A stretch of DNA of 64,000 nucleotides from Octopus vulgaris (Eukaryota), in NCBI GenBank assembly GCA_951406725.2, contig OX597838.1, forward strand, positions 17,484,001 through 17,548,000. The letters are read 5' to 3'. Below, piece by piece: positions 11,616-24,576 of the stretch. The position numbers and the translations under genes were made by a program. Each line of letters opens with the position of its first letter. Positions within the stretch are counted from its first letter, which is position 1. Under the pieces are notes generated by a model. That model was given only the letters and a program-made list of their open reading frames with translations. It was not told the origin of the DNA and did no database searches.

Positions 11616-12454
11616 CAACGGGGTCGACGTATCGACTTACCCCACCCCTAAAATGACTGGCCTTGGTTCAAAACTTGAAACCAGTATTATAATACGTATC
11701 TAAAATGTCTCCCAAATATGCGAGAATTCTGCAACGTTTTTTTCGCCTCTAATAATGAATCTATATGCTCATAGTTACAAAAAAGGCCATAATGTACATA
11801 CACAGAAGACTGCGAGACATGTCGAATCCACCCCGGGTGAATGGCACCTCAAGTACAAGCACGTGTAAATATCGAGCAACCAAACAACTTAGAATGTTAC
11901 AGGGAAAAGCCCTTGGTCGACAGATATCGAAATAGAACTATATTTGTGAGGTAGGTTTAAATGAGATTTAAAGGTGTGTGTGTATGTGTAAGTGCATCCA
12001 TTTGTGTGCGCGAGCGAGTATGTGTGTGCGTGCGTTTGCGTGTGTATGTAGAGCGGAACTGAATGTAAAAATACATATTTTAACTTCTGAGATTCCGTGG
12101 AACAACAGCCCCATCATTTTGTCAATAAGCCCTGTTTGATTTCCGAAGAACAGTGATTCTAAGTTCATCCTTCTCCTTTGAATTTTGGTACTCATTTTCT
12201 TGACGAGTAATTTCGATGCCGCTTCGCAGAAATTGTTCTTCGTCACCACATACGCACATACACACACGTACGGACGCGCACACATATATTTTTGTATATA
12301 TGTGTGTGTTTGATTGTGATGTGTGTGTTGTTTGTGTGTGCAATTTCGGCTTCAGTTTCGTAAGTGCCTTTCACAATATCTCCGGGTCAACCAATGTCTT
12401 GTGAGGGAAATTGATAAACGGAATCTGCCAAAAGACCGTCTTGTGTATGTACGC

Positions 12455-12487
<33 letters not shown>

Positions 12488-12760
12488 TGTATGTATGTAT
12501 GTATGTATGTATGGTCGTTTCTGTTTTTGATTATTTAAATTCTTCCTTTGAAGAAATTTCTGGTTTCTAATAAAGATACAAATCCCCATCGTTGGAATGT
12601 AAGTAATGTAAACGATGTCACATTTTAAACCTGACGAAAGGCTTGCAGAGTTTTAATGTTCCACTTATAGATGTATGTATGTATGTCTGTCTGTATGTGT
12701 GTATGTATGTGTGTGTGTGTTTTGCATTAGAAAACTGAAAATCAGAATAATAATTTTGTA

Positions 12761-13009
12761 TAGTTCTATATTTAAGAGATGAGGAATTATTTACATTATT
12801 TACATTCGACGGATATTTGTCCTCATCTTGTTTGTTGTTAACACAACGTTTCGGCTGAGATACCCTCCAGCCTTCTTCAGGTGTCTTGGGGAAATTTAAC
12901 CACTACGCCATACACCTATGGGCATATCGCGTAGTGGTTAAGAGCGCGGGCTACTAACCCCAAGATTCCGAGTTCGATTCCGAGCAGTGACCTGAACAAT
13001 AACAATACC

Positions 13010-13058
<49 letters not shown>

Positions 13059-13193
13059 TCGAAAAATACCTTAGGAATGAGAACCCAGGTTCAGAAATTT
13101 CCCCAAGACACCTGAAGAAGGCTGGAGGGTATATCAGCCGAAACGTTGTGTTAACAACAAACAAGATGAGGACAAATATCCGTAAATAATGTA
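12761..13193 (+). mobile_element. tRNA-headed, hammerhead-bearing element with inverted partial copy (candidate PLE-mobilised SINE)
   Basis: tRNA-like head 12919-12993, (AAT)n, HHR 13108-13151; inverted copy 12761-12916 with HHR 12841-12884; candidate TSD aataattttgta at 12749-12760 and 13194-13205. Confidence 0.8.
13108..13151 (+). ncRNA. Minimal type-I hammerhead ribozyme motif
   Basis: acac-CTGAAGA-a-ggctg(gagggtatat)cagcc-GAAAC-GTT-gtgt: stem I acac/gtgt, 5-bp stem II, palindromic AACGTT helix III. Confidence 0.78.
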
Positions 13194-13429
13194 AATAATT
13201 TTGTAGTTTCAGTTCCAATTTAATTACATTCTATTGATAACTCGTGTGACTTTTAGTGCTATTTGTTTCAGTCATTGAACTGTGGCCATACTGGGGCACC
13301 GCCGTGAAGGGGTTTTGTCGAATAAATCAACCACAGGACTTACCTTTTCAAGCCTAGTACTTATTCTGTCGGTTTCATTGGTCAAACCTCTGAGTTTGAT
13401 AAATATTGATCGATAATATAATTACCAGA

Positions 13430-13895
13430 CTGGCAGGATCGTTAGCATGCCGGAAAAAATGCTTAGCGGCATTTCGTCCGTCTTTACATTTTTAGTTCAA
13501 ATCTCGCCCATGTCGATTTTGCCCTTCATCCTTTCGAGGTCGATAAAATAAGTACCTATTTCTTTACTACCCACAATGGGCTAAACACAAAGAGGACAAA
13601 CAAGGACAGACAAACGGATTAAGTCGATTATATCGACCCCAGTGCGTAACTGGTACTAATTTAATCGACCTCGAAAGGATGAAAGGCAAAGTCGACCTTG
13701 GTGGAATTTGAACTCAGAACGTAACGTCAGGCGAAATACGGCTACGCATTTCGCCCGGCGTGCTAACGATTCTGCCAACTCGCCGATAAAATAAGTACCA
13801 GTTGAGTTCTGGGGGTGGGGTGTGGGGGTCAGTGCATCGACTTAACTCCTCCCCCGAAATTGCTGGCCTTGTGTCAAAATTTGAAACCAGTATAA
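13430..13895. mobile_element. Nested SINE family B: minus copy 13553-13785 inside an older plus copy
   Basis: cgataaaataagtacc duplicated on both sides of the inner copy (~13541-13556 and ~13784-13799). Confidence 0.8.
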
Positions 13896-14312
13896 AACAC
13901 CAGGCTGAAATAAGCGTGATCTCTTTAAAAAGCGCAATACATTGGCTATTTTTCTGAATACCTGGCCAGCCAGCACCAACCTTTATAAAGGTGACTTAAG
14001 ACCTCTCAGTAACCACAACAATAAGACCCAAGAAAATCTACCAACATTTTTCTTGCGATTTCCATCATGTTTGTGAATTGTAGTATTTTAGTCGAACAGA
14101 TGAGTGAGTGGAAGTTGTAGAATTTTACCAATTTCAGTTGAAATGATCAGCTTCGACAGACAATTCGGCTGATAGCTAGTAATACATTTAGATTATTGAT
14201 CTGTCTCAATCATTCTATATCTCGATAACTCAGCTGCAAATGAAAAAAAAAAATGCTTTGATATTTTCGTGATGTGTGTGAGAAAGTATATTAGAAAAAT
14301 GTTCCGTCTGCT

Positions 14313-14373
14313 CTCTACATCTCATTCTATCTATCTCTCTACATCTCATTCTATCTATCTCTCTACATCTCAT

Positions 14374-14437
<64 letters not shown>

Positions 14438-14486
14438 CCTACCTATCTATCTATCTATTTATCTGTCCATCTATCTACCTACCTAC

Positions 14487-14518
<32 letters not shown>

Positions 14519-14770
14519 ATATATATATATATTTATCTATCTATCTATCTATCTATCTACCTACCTATCTATCTATCTACCTACCTACCTATTTATCTAT
14601 CTATCTACCTACCTATCTATCTATCTATCTACCTATCTATCTATCTATTTACATACCTATAAATTCATCCATTTACTTTTATCTATCTGTCTACATGTCT
14701 ATCTACGTACCTACGTACCCGTCTATTTACCTCAATCCGCCTGCATTTTTATTTATCTATCTACCAACAT
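14313..14770. repeat. (TCTA/CCTA)n microsatellite preceded by three ~24-bp units
   Basis: ctctacatctcattctatctatct x3, then (tcta)n. Confidence 0.95.
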
Positions 14771-15504
14771 ACCTACAACCCTATATATAAAACCACCCAT
14801 GTATCTGATTTTCTTTCTCTGTCACTCATTCTCTTCCTCCACCCCCACCTCTCTTTCTCTTTGTATCCTGCTATCTAATATGCCTATATCAATCAATTTA
14901 TCTTTCCAGTTATTACTTCATTCATCTTTCAATCCTTTACTCCATCCGTCTTTATCCCACTATCGTCTCATCTTAACTTCACACTGTCTATTAATTTGAC
15001 ATTTACACGTCATTTCAGTTCTTATCAACCTTTACAAGCAATCCTTAATTATCTAGTCCATATCAACACAGTGTATCTATCTAGTCTACGTTTGTAATGT
15101 ATACAAACCAATACCCAGACATTGTCTTACTAATCAACATTAACTGTGTCTATCTTCCTAACATCTAAAGACTCCACGCAGTAATATGTATTTATTTATT
15201 TTGTTGACCATTAATTACAATTGACAGACTTTATATAGTCATTGTCTAATGCTTTATGTCTTAAATTTGCGTCAAATAAAGAACAGACATTGTGAAATCT
15301 GTTTTAGTTGTTTATAATAGTATCATATGTGATAGGTGCTGTGTTGCTGCTGGCATAACCTTGGGAGATGTACGTTTTTTTATGTCTAGGGGTTGTTCAA
15401 TTTGATTAGGTTTCCTGTTCTTAGTGAAGCGTGTCTTTCTTTGTCTTTGCTTTTGATGAGATGTGTTGAGCTTGTACATTGATTTAGATGAAGCATTAAT
15501 ACAG

Positions 15505-15915
15505 GACCTGGCGGAATCGTTTGCACACCGGGCGAAATGCTTAGCGGTATTTCGTCTGCCGCTACGTTCTGAGTTCAAATACCGCCGAGGTCGACTTTGC
15601 CTTTCCTCCTTTCGAGTTCGATAAATTAAGTACCAGTTACGCACTGGAGTCGATGTTATCGACTTAATCCGTTTGTCTGTCCTTCTTTGTCCCCTGTCTG
15701 TGTAGCCCCTTGAGGGTAGTAAAGAAATAGGTATCTCGTCTGCCGTTACGTTCTGAGTTCAAATTCCGCCGAGGTCGACTTTGCCTTTCATACTTTCGGG
15801 GTCGATAAATTAAGTACCAGTTACGCACTGGGGTCGATATAATCGACTTAATCCCTTTGTCTGTCCTTGTTTGTCCCTTCTATGTTTAGCCCCTTGTGGG
15901 CAATAAAGAAATAAA
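15505..15915 (+). mobile_element. SINE family B dimer
   Basis: Head, body, junction aaagaaataggtatctcg, second body. Confidence 0.9.
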
Positions 15916-16240
15916 AAAAATTAATACAGAATGGGACAGAAGGGTCTCTAGTGATGTGTATGCAGGAATCAGATACAATTATATAGGATATTGAACGGGT
16001 TACTAACGCATAGAAATTATTGAGTGGGGTGTGTAGCACAAGCCTTGATGTATATTTAATCAGAAATGCTGAGTTAGGTTTACAGCAGTGTTTCTCAACC
16101 ATTTCTTCCTATGGGGCCCTTTGATTCCTATTTTAGTCGGTTGGACCTACTAACCATTCAATGTTTATAAAAATTCTTCTATTTTTATAATTAGATGTTA
16201 TTGGGAGTTCTATAAAAAAAATTGTTAAAATATTTTGTGT

Positions 16241-16633
16241 AAGCGCAGGAGTGGCTGTGTGGTAAGTAGTTTGCTTACAAACCACGTGGTTCCACGTTCA
16301 GCCCCACTGCGTGGCATCTAGGGCAAGTGTCTTTCTATTGTAGCCTCGGACCGACCAAAGCCTTGTGAGTGGATTTGGAAGACGGAAACTGAAAGAAACT
16401 CGTCGTGTGTGAGTGTGCGTGTGTGTGTGTGTTTTTTTTTTTTCTCCCCCACCATCGCTTGGCAACAGATGCTGGTGTCTTCACGCCCCCGTAACTTAAC
16501 GGTTCAGCAAAAGAGACCGACAGAATGAGTACTGGGCTTACAAAGAATAAGTCCTGGGGTCGATTTGTTGGACTAAAGATGTTGCTCCAGCATTGCCGCA
16601 GTCAAATGACTAAAACAAATAAAAGAATAAAGA
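16241..16633 (+). mobile_element. SINE family A
   Basis: gcgcaggagtggctgtgtggtaag head through tail. Confidence 0.9.
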
Positions 16634-16665
16634 ATATTGTAGAATTGTAACCAATTTATTAATAA

Positions 16666-17034
16666 CTAGCAGTATCGCCCGGCGTTGCTCGGGTTTGTAA
16701 GGGAAATAACTATAAAGCATTTTTAGTGAGTTATAGGCAAAAAATGGAAAAAAAATGATGGTAAATTTTTTTAGTTAAAAAGGTCGAGTTGCGTCCCCTA
16801 GACAGTCTGTGGTTTGTGTTTCTGATTCTCGACCCCATGTCGAATTTATCGATTTTTTTCAGAACTGGGGGAACTTTTCAAAATTTTCGCTGCGTTAGTT
16901 TTGAATTATGACATTGGGCTATGTGTGTGTCAAGTTTCATCAGAATCGGTTGAAAGCCGTGGTCAGGGTGAGGGTACAACCTAACAGACACACAGAAACA
17001 CACACAGACAAACTGCCGTTTATATATAGAGAGA
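16666..17034 (-). mobile_element. Non-autonomous Helitron, copy 2 (different interior)
   Basis: Same CTAG/hairpin 3' end, TC 5' end, inserted at A|T; empty-site duplicate at 17256/17257. Confidence 0.85.
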
Positions 17035-17308
17035 TATATGTAATAATATATATAATGTATATAAGGGGTAAAGACCCCCTTCGGTCATGAATGACCATGG
17101 GATTGCACCTAGAAAGTTACCCTCCTAGACACAAGTCTGGGGTCGATTTGTTCGACTAAAGATGCTGCTCCAGCATTGCCGCAGTCAAATGACTAAAACA
17201 AATAAAAGAATAAAAGAATAAAGAATATTGTAGAATTGTAACCAATTTATTAATAATATATGTAATAATATATATAATGTATATATGTTAATAATATATA
17301 TATATGTA

Positions 17309-17570
17309 AGGCACATGGCTCAGTGGTTAGAGCGTCGAGATTACGATCGTGAGGTTGTGAGTTCGAATCCCGGACCGGGCTGCGTGTTGTGGTCTTGAGC
17401 AAGACACTTTATTTTCACGTTGCTCCAGTTCACTCAGCTTGCGACGTCACAGGTGCCAAGCTGTACAGGTGGCGTGGAGAGGGGTGGCCGGTATGCATGG
17501 GCGACTGCTGGTCTTCCATAAACAACCTTGCTTGGACTTGTGCCTGGGAGGGTAACTTTCTAGGTGCAAG
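17309..17570 (+). mobile_element. tRNA-derived SINE family C-type
   Basis: A box tggctcagtgg, B box gttcgaatcc, gtcttgagcaagacactt; inverted 3' piece at ~17069-17137. Confidence 0.8.
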
Positions 17571-17694
17571 GTAGGGGGTCTCAGCATATATGTAATCAAT
17601 TTATTGCACATAAATATTAACAACAAAATCTTATATGGATCCCCTCTCCCACCCACCAGGAGTCATATGGACCAGGCTGAGAACCACGGTACAT

Positions 17695-18052
17695 TCGGAT
17701 TAAGTTAATTATATCGACCCCAGTGCGGAACTGGTACTTATTTAATCGACCCCGAAAGGATGAAAGGCAAAGTCGACCTCGGCGGAATTTGAACTCAGAA
17801 CGTAGCGGCAGACGAAATACCTATTTCTTTATTACCCACAAGGGGCTAAACACAGAGGGGGACAAACAAGGACAGACATAGGTATTAAGTCGATTACATC
17901 GACCCCAGTGCGTAACTGGTACTTAATTTATCGACCCCGAAAGGATGAAAGGCAAAGTCGACCTCGGCGGAATTTGAACTCAGAACGTAGCGGCAGACGA
18001 AATACCGCTAAGCATTTCGCCCGGCGTGCTAACGTTTCTGCCAGCTCGTCGC
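17695..18052 (-). mobile_element. SINE family B dimer
   Basis: Reverse complement of head+body+body. Confidence 0.9.
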
Positions 18053-18450
18053 TTTAGGACTCATTAGATAATGTAATCGTAGATAGCCGCCTTCCACTAA
18101 AAACAGTGCGTTTACGCCTGGAATGCTTTTGATCATTTCTCAGGTCGTTCAGAGCTGATTAGAAGCCAAACAACAATCCGGGTGTCTAAACCTATTTTGC
18201 TGTTAATCCATTAGAAACTTCAAGTACGACGTAATATTCATTGAAGTACTCCTCATACGTCTAGGACAATGCTGACGCCACTTACGTCAAGATTGGAAAC
18301 AACACAGAGACATATACAAAGTAATTTAGTTTACAGCTTAAATTAATTACTTAGAATTTTTTTTGTTTGTTTAATGTGTATTTGGTTTGAAATCTTTTGG
18401 ATAGTTCTATAATTAATTTTCTTATAAACGTCTTTTAGATTTCCTTAGAT

Positions 18451-18735
18451 AGGCGTAGGAGTGGCTGTGTGGTAAGTAGCCAGCCTAACAACCACATGGT
18501 TCCGTCTTCAGTCCCACAGCTTGGTACCTTAGGCAAGTGTCTTCTATTATAGCCTCGGGCCGACCAAAGACTTGTGAGTGGCTTTGGTAGACGGAAACTG
18601 AAAGAAGCCCGTCGTATATATGTATATATATATATATATGTGTGCGTATATGTTTGTGTGTCTGTGTTCCCCCCTCCCCAACATCGCTTGACAACCGATG
18701 CTGGTGTGTTTACGTCCCCGTAACTTAGCTTCGGT
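18451..18735 (+). mobile_element. SINE family A, 3'-truncated
   Basis: ggcgtaggagtggctgtgtggtaag head. Confidence 0.9.
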
Positions 18736-18837
18736 ATGCAAATTAGGGACCCCTTCATAGAATAACTGCTGCATTTGTTGAGTATTTAAACAGTTTGGCT
18801 GCTTGTTTCTGTGGAGACTGTCAGAATGATGGAGACG

Positions 18838-18878
18838 CCTCTGATGAGACCCCAATAAGATTCGAAAATCGATTAAGG
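18838..18878 (+). ncRNA. Minimal hammerhead-like motif in a PLE-type fragment ending at (TA)n
   Basis: cct-CTGATGA-ga..tc-GAAA-atcgat-TA-agg; palindromic AATCGATT helix III. Confidence 0.55.
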
Positions 18879-18955
18879 TTGTTCATCATGTTTTTTTTCC
18901 AGTCTACGGAGAAATGGCTAAAATTTGCCCTGTTTATAATTATACCATATGTTAC

Positions 18956-18995
<40 letters not shown>

Positions 18996-19959
18996 GCGCA
19001 AATATCCACCCTGACACAAACACACATACGCATAGAGTGAGAAGATGGAGGTGGGAAACTCACAAGTTCATAAGCCATAATTCGATCATACCCAATCAGA
19101 GATCTAAGGAATAGTTTATTCGATCTTAGTATTAGATTATTCCTTCGTCACGCTGCAATAGTTATTATCTCTCAGCGACACTGAACAAAACCTGCTACGT
19201 ATCACCACCACTACCACTAGCAACATAACCATCACCATCACAACCAACAATAACAGCATCAACATAACCAACACACTAGAATAAACATTGTCTATCAACA
19301 TATCCATAACTACGACGAACTACTACTGTAGCCAACAGGCAACCGTTTCAAATTTTGGTGCAAAACCTGAAAATTTAGGGTAGGGACTGCTAATCGATTA
19401 CGTTCACCCCAATACTCAACTGGTACTTATTCTATCGACCCCGAAAGGATGAAATGTAAAGTCGATCACAGTAGAATTTGAACTCAGAACGTAAAGACGG
19501 ACGAAATGCCGCTAAGCATTTTGTCCGGCGCTGTAACGAATCTGCCAGCTCGCTGCCATATGAATATTGATTTCAAATTTTGGCAGAAGGCTTGAAAGTT
19601 TGAGGGTGGCGTCAAATCGATTACATGGATCTCAGTACTCAACTTATACTTATTTTATCGACCCCGCCTCCTTGTAATATCTTTAAATATTAGTTTCAAA
19701 AGTTTAGCACACGGACAGTAATTTTCGGGTGGATAAAAGGCATTTTTACCCGGCATGCTAACGGTTCTGTCTGCCCGCCGCCTTAATGTAATACGGAGTA
19801 TTGAGTAGAGAGACGTGTGTTCGGTTGTGGTGAGTGTGATGTGCAGTAGTGTGTTATATAGTCGTTAGAAAATCGGAAATTTGAAGGCAAAACTAATAGA
19901 AAACTGTAAACTAACAAGTTTACTGTGAGGAGATGTGTTCACAAATGTTCAATATAAAA

Positions 19960-20130
19960 AATGTCATGAGCGAAGAATCATGGACATGGCAACACGATGG
20001 TGCAAAGCCTCACACAGCCAGTACAACAGTTCAGTTCCTCCAGCAATCTTGCTCTGACTTTATTGTACCTGAAGATTGGCCTTCAAAATGTCCGGACTTA
20101 AATGTGATTGAATTACTGTGTCTGGAGCTT
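19960..20130 (+). pseudogene. Tc1/mariner-superfamily transposase fragment, DD37D-like
   Basis: WQHDGAKPH...WPSKCPDLNV, 37 residues to the third acidic position, then frameshifted YCVWS. Confidence 0.7.
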
Positions 20131-20139
20131 GATACATTT

Positions 20140-20950
20140 TAGTGTAGTGGTAATAAGGTATGGTTTCGAGTTGCATGGTGTGCAGCTGTGTGATGTCGTT
20201 TGGTGTAAATGAAAGCACAGTGAGGCACGGTATAATTTGGGGTGCAGTGTCGTGCTGTGAGGGGTACTGCGATGTGTGTACATCAGCGTGTTTTTTTTTT
20301 GTGGTGCTGTAATGCGGTTTGACGGTGCGTAGAGTTGTGTTGCGCTGTGGAAGTGGAGTAGAGGAGTATTGGATGGAGTGGTGATGGGAGGTATAGAGTA
20401 CCATAGCGAAGTGCGTTTCAATTGCGATGCAGTGAGTCTAATTGTAGCGAAATGTAATGCGATGTGTTGTTGTTGTTGTTGTTGTTGTGGTGGTGGTGGT
20501 GGTAGTGATGGTGGGCGTACGGTAAAGTAATGCGAATGGGATGCGATGTAATAGGTGTCGTAGTGTGCCGTAACGTGATTTCGATGTGATGTTGTGTCGT
20601 GTAATGCAGTGCAGTGCAGTGCAGAGCAGCGTAGTGTGATTTATAGAGTGCAGTGCAGCTGAAGTGTGGTATGAATAATACGGTTGTAGTGCGAGTATAG
20701 TGCGGTTTGGTGTGGCGTGGTTGTAGTGTGGCTGTAGTGTGAGTGTTGTAATGGTTGTACGTCGTGGTGTGTTGGGGCGCGAGCAGAGCGTTTAACGATA
20801 CCGTGTGATTTAGAAAGGTGTCTGGATGTAGTGTAGGGTGAGGTACAATGTGGAGCAGTGTGGAGTACCAGGGGTGTAGCGTTGCTGGTAATTAGGTAGG
20901 CAAAGGTGGTGTTGGCTGGTCTAGTGTTGTGTGGTGGTTCTGCTTTGTTT
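20140..20950. repeat. Degenerate GT-rich low-complexity tract (GTGCA/GTGTA-like units)
   Basis: gcagtgcagtgcagtgcagagcag, gtagtgtg repeats. Confidence 0.6.
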
Positions 20951-21312
20951 TCCTTTGATTTATTTTTTCTTTTTGGAGTAGTATAGTGTCGTAAAGGATT
21001 AGCGCTGTGGGAGGTGAATGGTATGGGGCCGTTTTGTTTTTGTTTTTTTTTGTCTTGTTTTGTTTTGTTTTTCTTTTTCTTTTTTTTTTTGTTTTTTTGT
21101 TGTTTGTTTTTTTTTGCTGGAGTGTGGTGCAGTGTTTTCTGTTGCTGGAATTACTGCTGATGCTTATTAGACACACACACACCTGCTACTGCTACTCCTG
21201 CTGACGCCATCGCTTACTGTTGATGTGGTGCGACTGCTATATATGGACAGACGTGACGTTGGATCTGTGTGTGTGTGTATGTCGGAATAGCTTCACATCG
21301 CTGAATTGGACA

Positions 21313-21790
21313 TGGTGGTGGTGGTGGTGGTGGTGGTGGGGACGAGGAGGAGGAGGAGGAAGAGGAAGTGGATGCTGATCGTAGTGCTGATGGATGGATG
21401 GAAGTATGTCGACAGTGACTTTGGATGGTCATGTTGATCGTAATAATGATGTTGATGCTGATGGTGATGGTGATGATGATGGCTGTTCTGAGGGTGATGA
21501 TGATGGTTGTGATGATGTTGATGGCGGTGATGATGATGTTGATGACGATAGGTGCTGTTGATGATGATGATGATGATGGTGGTGGTAGTGGTGGTAGTGG
21601 TGGTGGTGGTGGTGGTGGTGGTGAGGAGGAGGTTGAGGAGGAAGAGGAGGTAGAAGAGGAAGGAGAGGAGGAAGGAGAGGAGGATGAAAAGGAAGGAGAG
21701 GAAGGGGAAGAGGAGAAGGAGGAGGAGAAGACAAAGAAAGTGGACTGGAAAATTTTTATGAGAATGATGATGATGATGTTGATGATGATG
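21313..21790. repeat. Compound trinucleotide tract (GGT/GAT/GAG)n
   Basis: Direct reading. Confidence 0.85.
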
Positions 21791-22106
21791 CAGCGAGATG
21801 AAGCTTGTTGTAGGTGATCCGGTTACAAAGACGGTGTTCTGCACTAAATGCTTTGTATACTCGATGTATATATACGTTATTAATAGTGTATATGTCATAA
21901 ATGTATTATTGTATACATCATTAACATATATGTGTGTGTATTATTGCCAGCAAGGATTTGCGTATATGACATGAATTGCCAATTTCGGGTCCACAATTTG
22001 TTTAGTTGAATACGTGCGTGTGTATATGTATGTGTGTTTGTGCTTGTGTGCGTGTGCGCGTGTGTATATATAAATATGTACGCATGTATATATATATATA
22101 TATTCA

Positions 22107-22447
22107 TTCTTTTACTGGTTTCAGTCATTTGACTGCGGCCATGCTGGAGCACCGCATTTAGTCAAACAAATCGACGCCAGGACGTACTCTGTCGGTCTCT
22201 TTTGTCGAAGGGCTAAGTTACGGACTTGTAAACGCACCAACATCGGTTATCAAGCAATAATGGGGGAACAAACACACTCACACAAACACACACACACACA
22301 CACACACATATATGTATATATATATATATAATAATAACAAAGGGTAAAATTAATTAATTAAGAAGTAATCAGTAATTTCACATATATATATATATCCTTA
22401 AATCTTTAAAAATGTTTTAGCCCGAAGGCCGCGGCCACGCAGGGGCA

Positions 22448-22499
<52 letters not shown>

Positions 22500-22625
22500 G
22501 ACGGGCTTCTTTCAGTTCCCGTCTACCAAATCCACTCACAAGACTTTGGTCAGCCCGAGGCTACAGTAAATGACAGTTGCGCATGGTGCCACGCAGTGGG
22601 ACTGAAACCGAAACCACACCTGCGC
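22107..22625 (-). mobile_element. SINE family A with expanded internal microsatellite and insert
   Basis: Tail at 22107; head gtgccacgcagtgggactgaa...cctgcgcc at ~22587-22626. Confidence 0.85.
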
Positions 22626-22647
22626 CTGAATGCTTGCATATATGTGC

Positions 22648-22689
<42 letters not shown>

Positions 22690-22716
22690 TAGCCTGTATG
22701 CATGCATGCATGTATG

Positions 22717-22747
<31 letters not shown>

Positions 22748-23000
22748 ATATATGTATGTATGCATGTTTGTGTGTAAGTATGTATGTATGTATGTATGTA
22801 TGTATGTATGTATGTATGTATGTATGTATGTATGTATGTATGCATATAAGATCATGTTCTTCGCTAATGGGAGGTAAAGACTAAGTAGCGATCTTTCAAT
22901 TTTTAATGCTCAGTAAATAGTACGAATGTAAAATTTATATATTTTTTTTTGAAGAGGCCATATAACCGTTTCACTAGTAAGTTCCTGTCAAATATATACG

Positions 23001-23046
<46 letters not shown>

Positions 23047-23513
23047 CACATTCATACATGCTTACATACATATATGTGTGTGTGTATGTATGTGTGTATG
23101 TGTGTATGTATGTATGTATGTACGTACATACGTATGTATGTATACATATGCATACAAACAGGCGGGCACACATAAAAGTGTGCTAGTGCGTGTGTGTGTG
23201 TGTGTGTATGTGTGTGTGTGTGTGTGCTGAATGTGGATAAGGAAAGCGAATGCATGGTGATTTAAGATGGCGGTTTTATAAGAAACAGGCGCACAGACAC
23301 AGAAGACATACCTACACACATACACAAACACACACGCACACACACACACATACACACACATGTAGCCCTATGCACACTCATATAGAGGAAAACTCAGTGA
23401 TGTTGAATGAAAACGTATGAAAAAAGTGAGATATGAAATCCCAAACATCCGAACAATGTGCCTCTGCCTGCGCCCAAGTGTATGTGCAAATACACAGACA
23501 GACAGACATATAC

Positions 23514-23574
<61 letters not shown>

Positions 23575-23703
23575 AAAATACAAACTGGGATTAGAACGTA
23601 AAACATTTAGAAGACGATACAAAAAACGCGGACGGGACATTCGAAGCCTTCAATCTTCAGTCAAGAACCGGATCATCCTAGCAATTTCGGCTGATTAATC
23701 TTG

Positions 23704-23746
<43 letters not shown>

Positions 23747-23837
23747 CTACACAGATATATACGGACAGAGAAAGCGAGCGAGAGAGAGAGAGAGAGAGAG
23801 AGAAATATAGATAGATAGATGGATGGAGGGATGGAGG

Positions 23838-23889
<52 letters not shown>

Positions 23890-23939
23890 TGAGAGAGAGA
23901 GTGAGTGTGTGTGTGTGTGTCCGCGCGCATGCGTGTGTC

Positions 23940-24517
23940 TATGTCTGTGATTTTCTTCCTACCCCTGCATGACTACCGGTGTTGGTGTGTTTATGTCCCC
24001 GTAACTTAGTTGTTCGGCAAAAGAGGCCGATAGAATAATTACCAGACTTTAAAAAAAAGAACTTAGGTTGATTCATTCGACTAAAACTTTCCCAGGCGGT
24101 GCCCCAGCATGGGCGCAGCTTAATGACTGGGACAAGTAAACCTATAGTATACCTATATTTATATGCATTTTTTTATTCTTTTACATGTTTCAGTCATTTT
24201 GCCAGCGGCCATACTGAAGCACCACCTTTAAGGGTTTTTTTTAGTCGAGAAAATCAACCCCAGGACTTATTCTTTGTAAGCCTAGTACTCATTGTATCGG
24301 TGTCTTTTGCCAAACCGCTAAGTTACGGGGACGTAAACACATCAACATTGGTTGCCAAGCGATGGTTGCGGTGGAGGACAAGTATAAACCACAAAGACAC
24401 GCACATAAATACATATCTGGATGTTTTGTTGTCCCTTTTTTGTATTACCAAACTGTCTGGATGTTTTGCGTTCTTGTCCCATTTTGTACTTTTTACATAT
24501 AAAACATATGTGTGTGT

Positions 24518-24576
<59 letters not shown>

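Larger units (their letters stand above)
16086..17689 (+). mobile_element. hAT-like MITE hosting nested insertions
   Basis: Ends cagtgtttctcaacc ... ggctgagaaccacgg; related left part at ~53320-53470; no clear 8-bp TSD. Confidence 0.5.

Noticed and set aside
11968-12343. Unique-sequence ORFs (also 24903-25075 and 34690-34830) as host exons
   Set aside because: No recognisable domain and no consistent splice-site pair.
12919-12993. Functional tRNA gene with ACT anticodon
   Set aside because: Acceptor and T stems are poorly paired, there is no oligo-T terminator, and it is fused to a repeat body; treated as a SINE head. The same applies to the heads at 17309, 34491, 42814, 53865 and 60263.
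21425-21817. Plus-strand Gly/Glu-rich ORF
   Set aside because: Several frames on both strands are open because of triplet repeats; no domain.
23580-23705. Another possible hammerhead (cagccgaaattg...ctgaaga on minus strand)
   Set aside because: The core halves are in the wrong order or truncated, so no full fold could be built.
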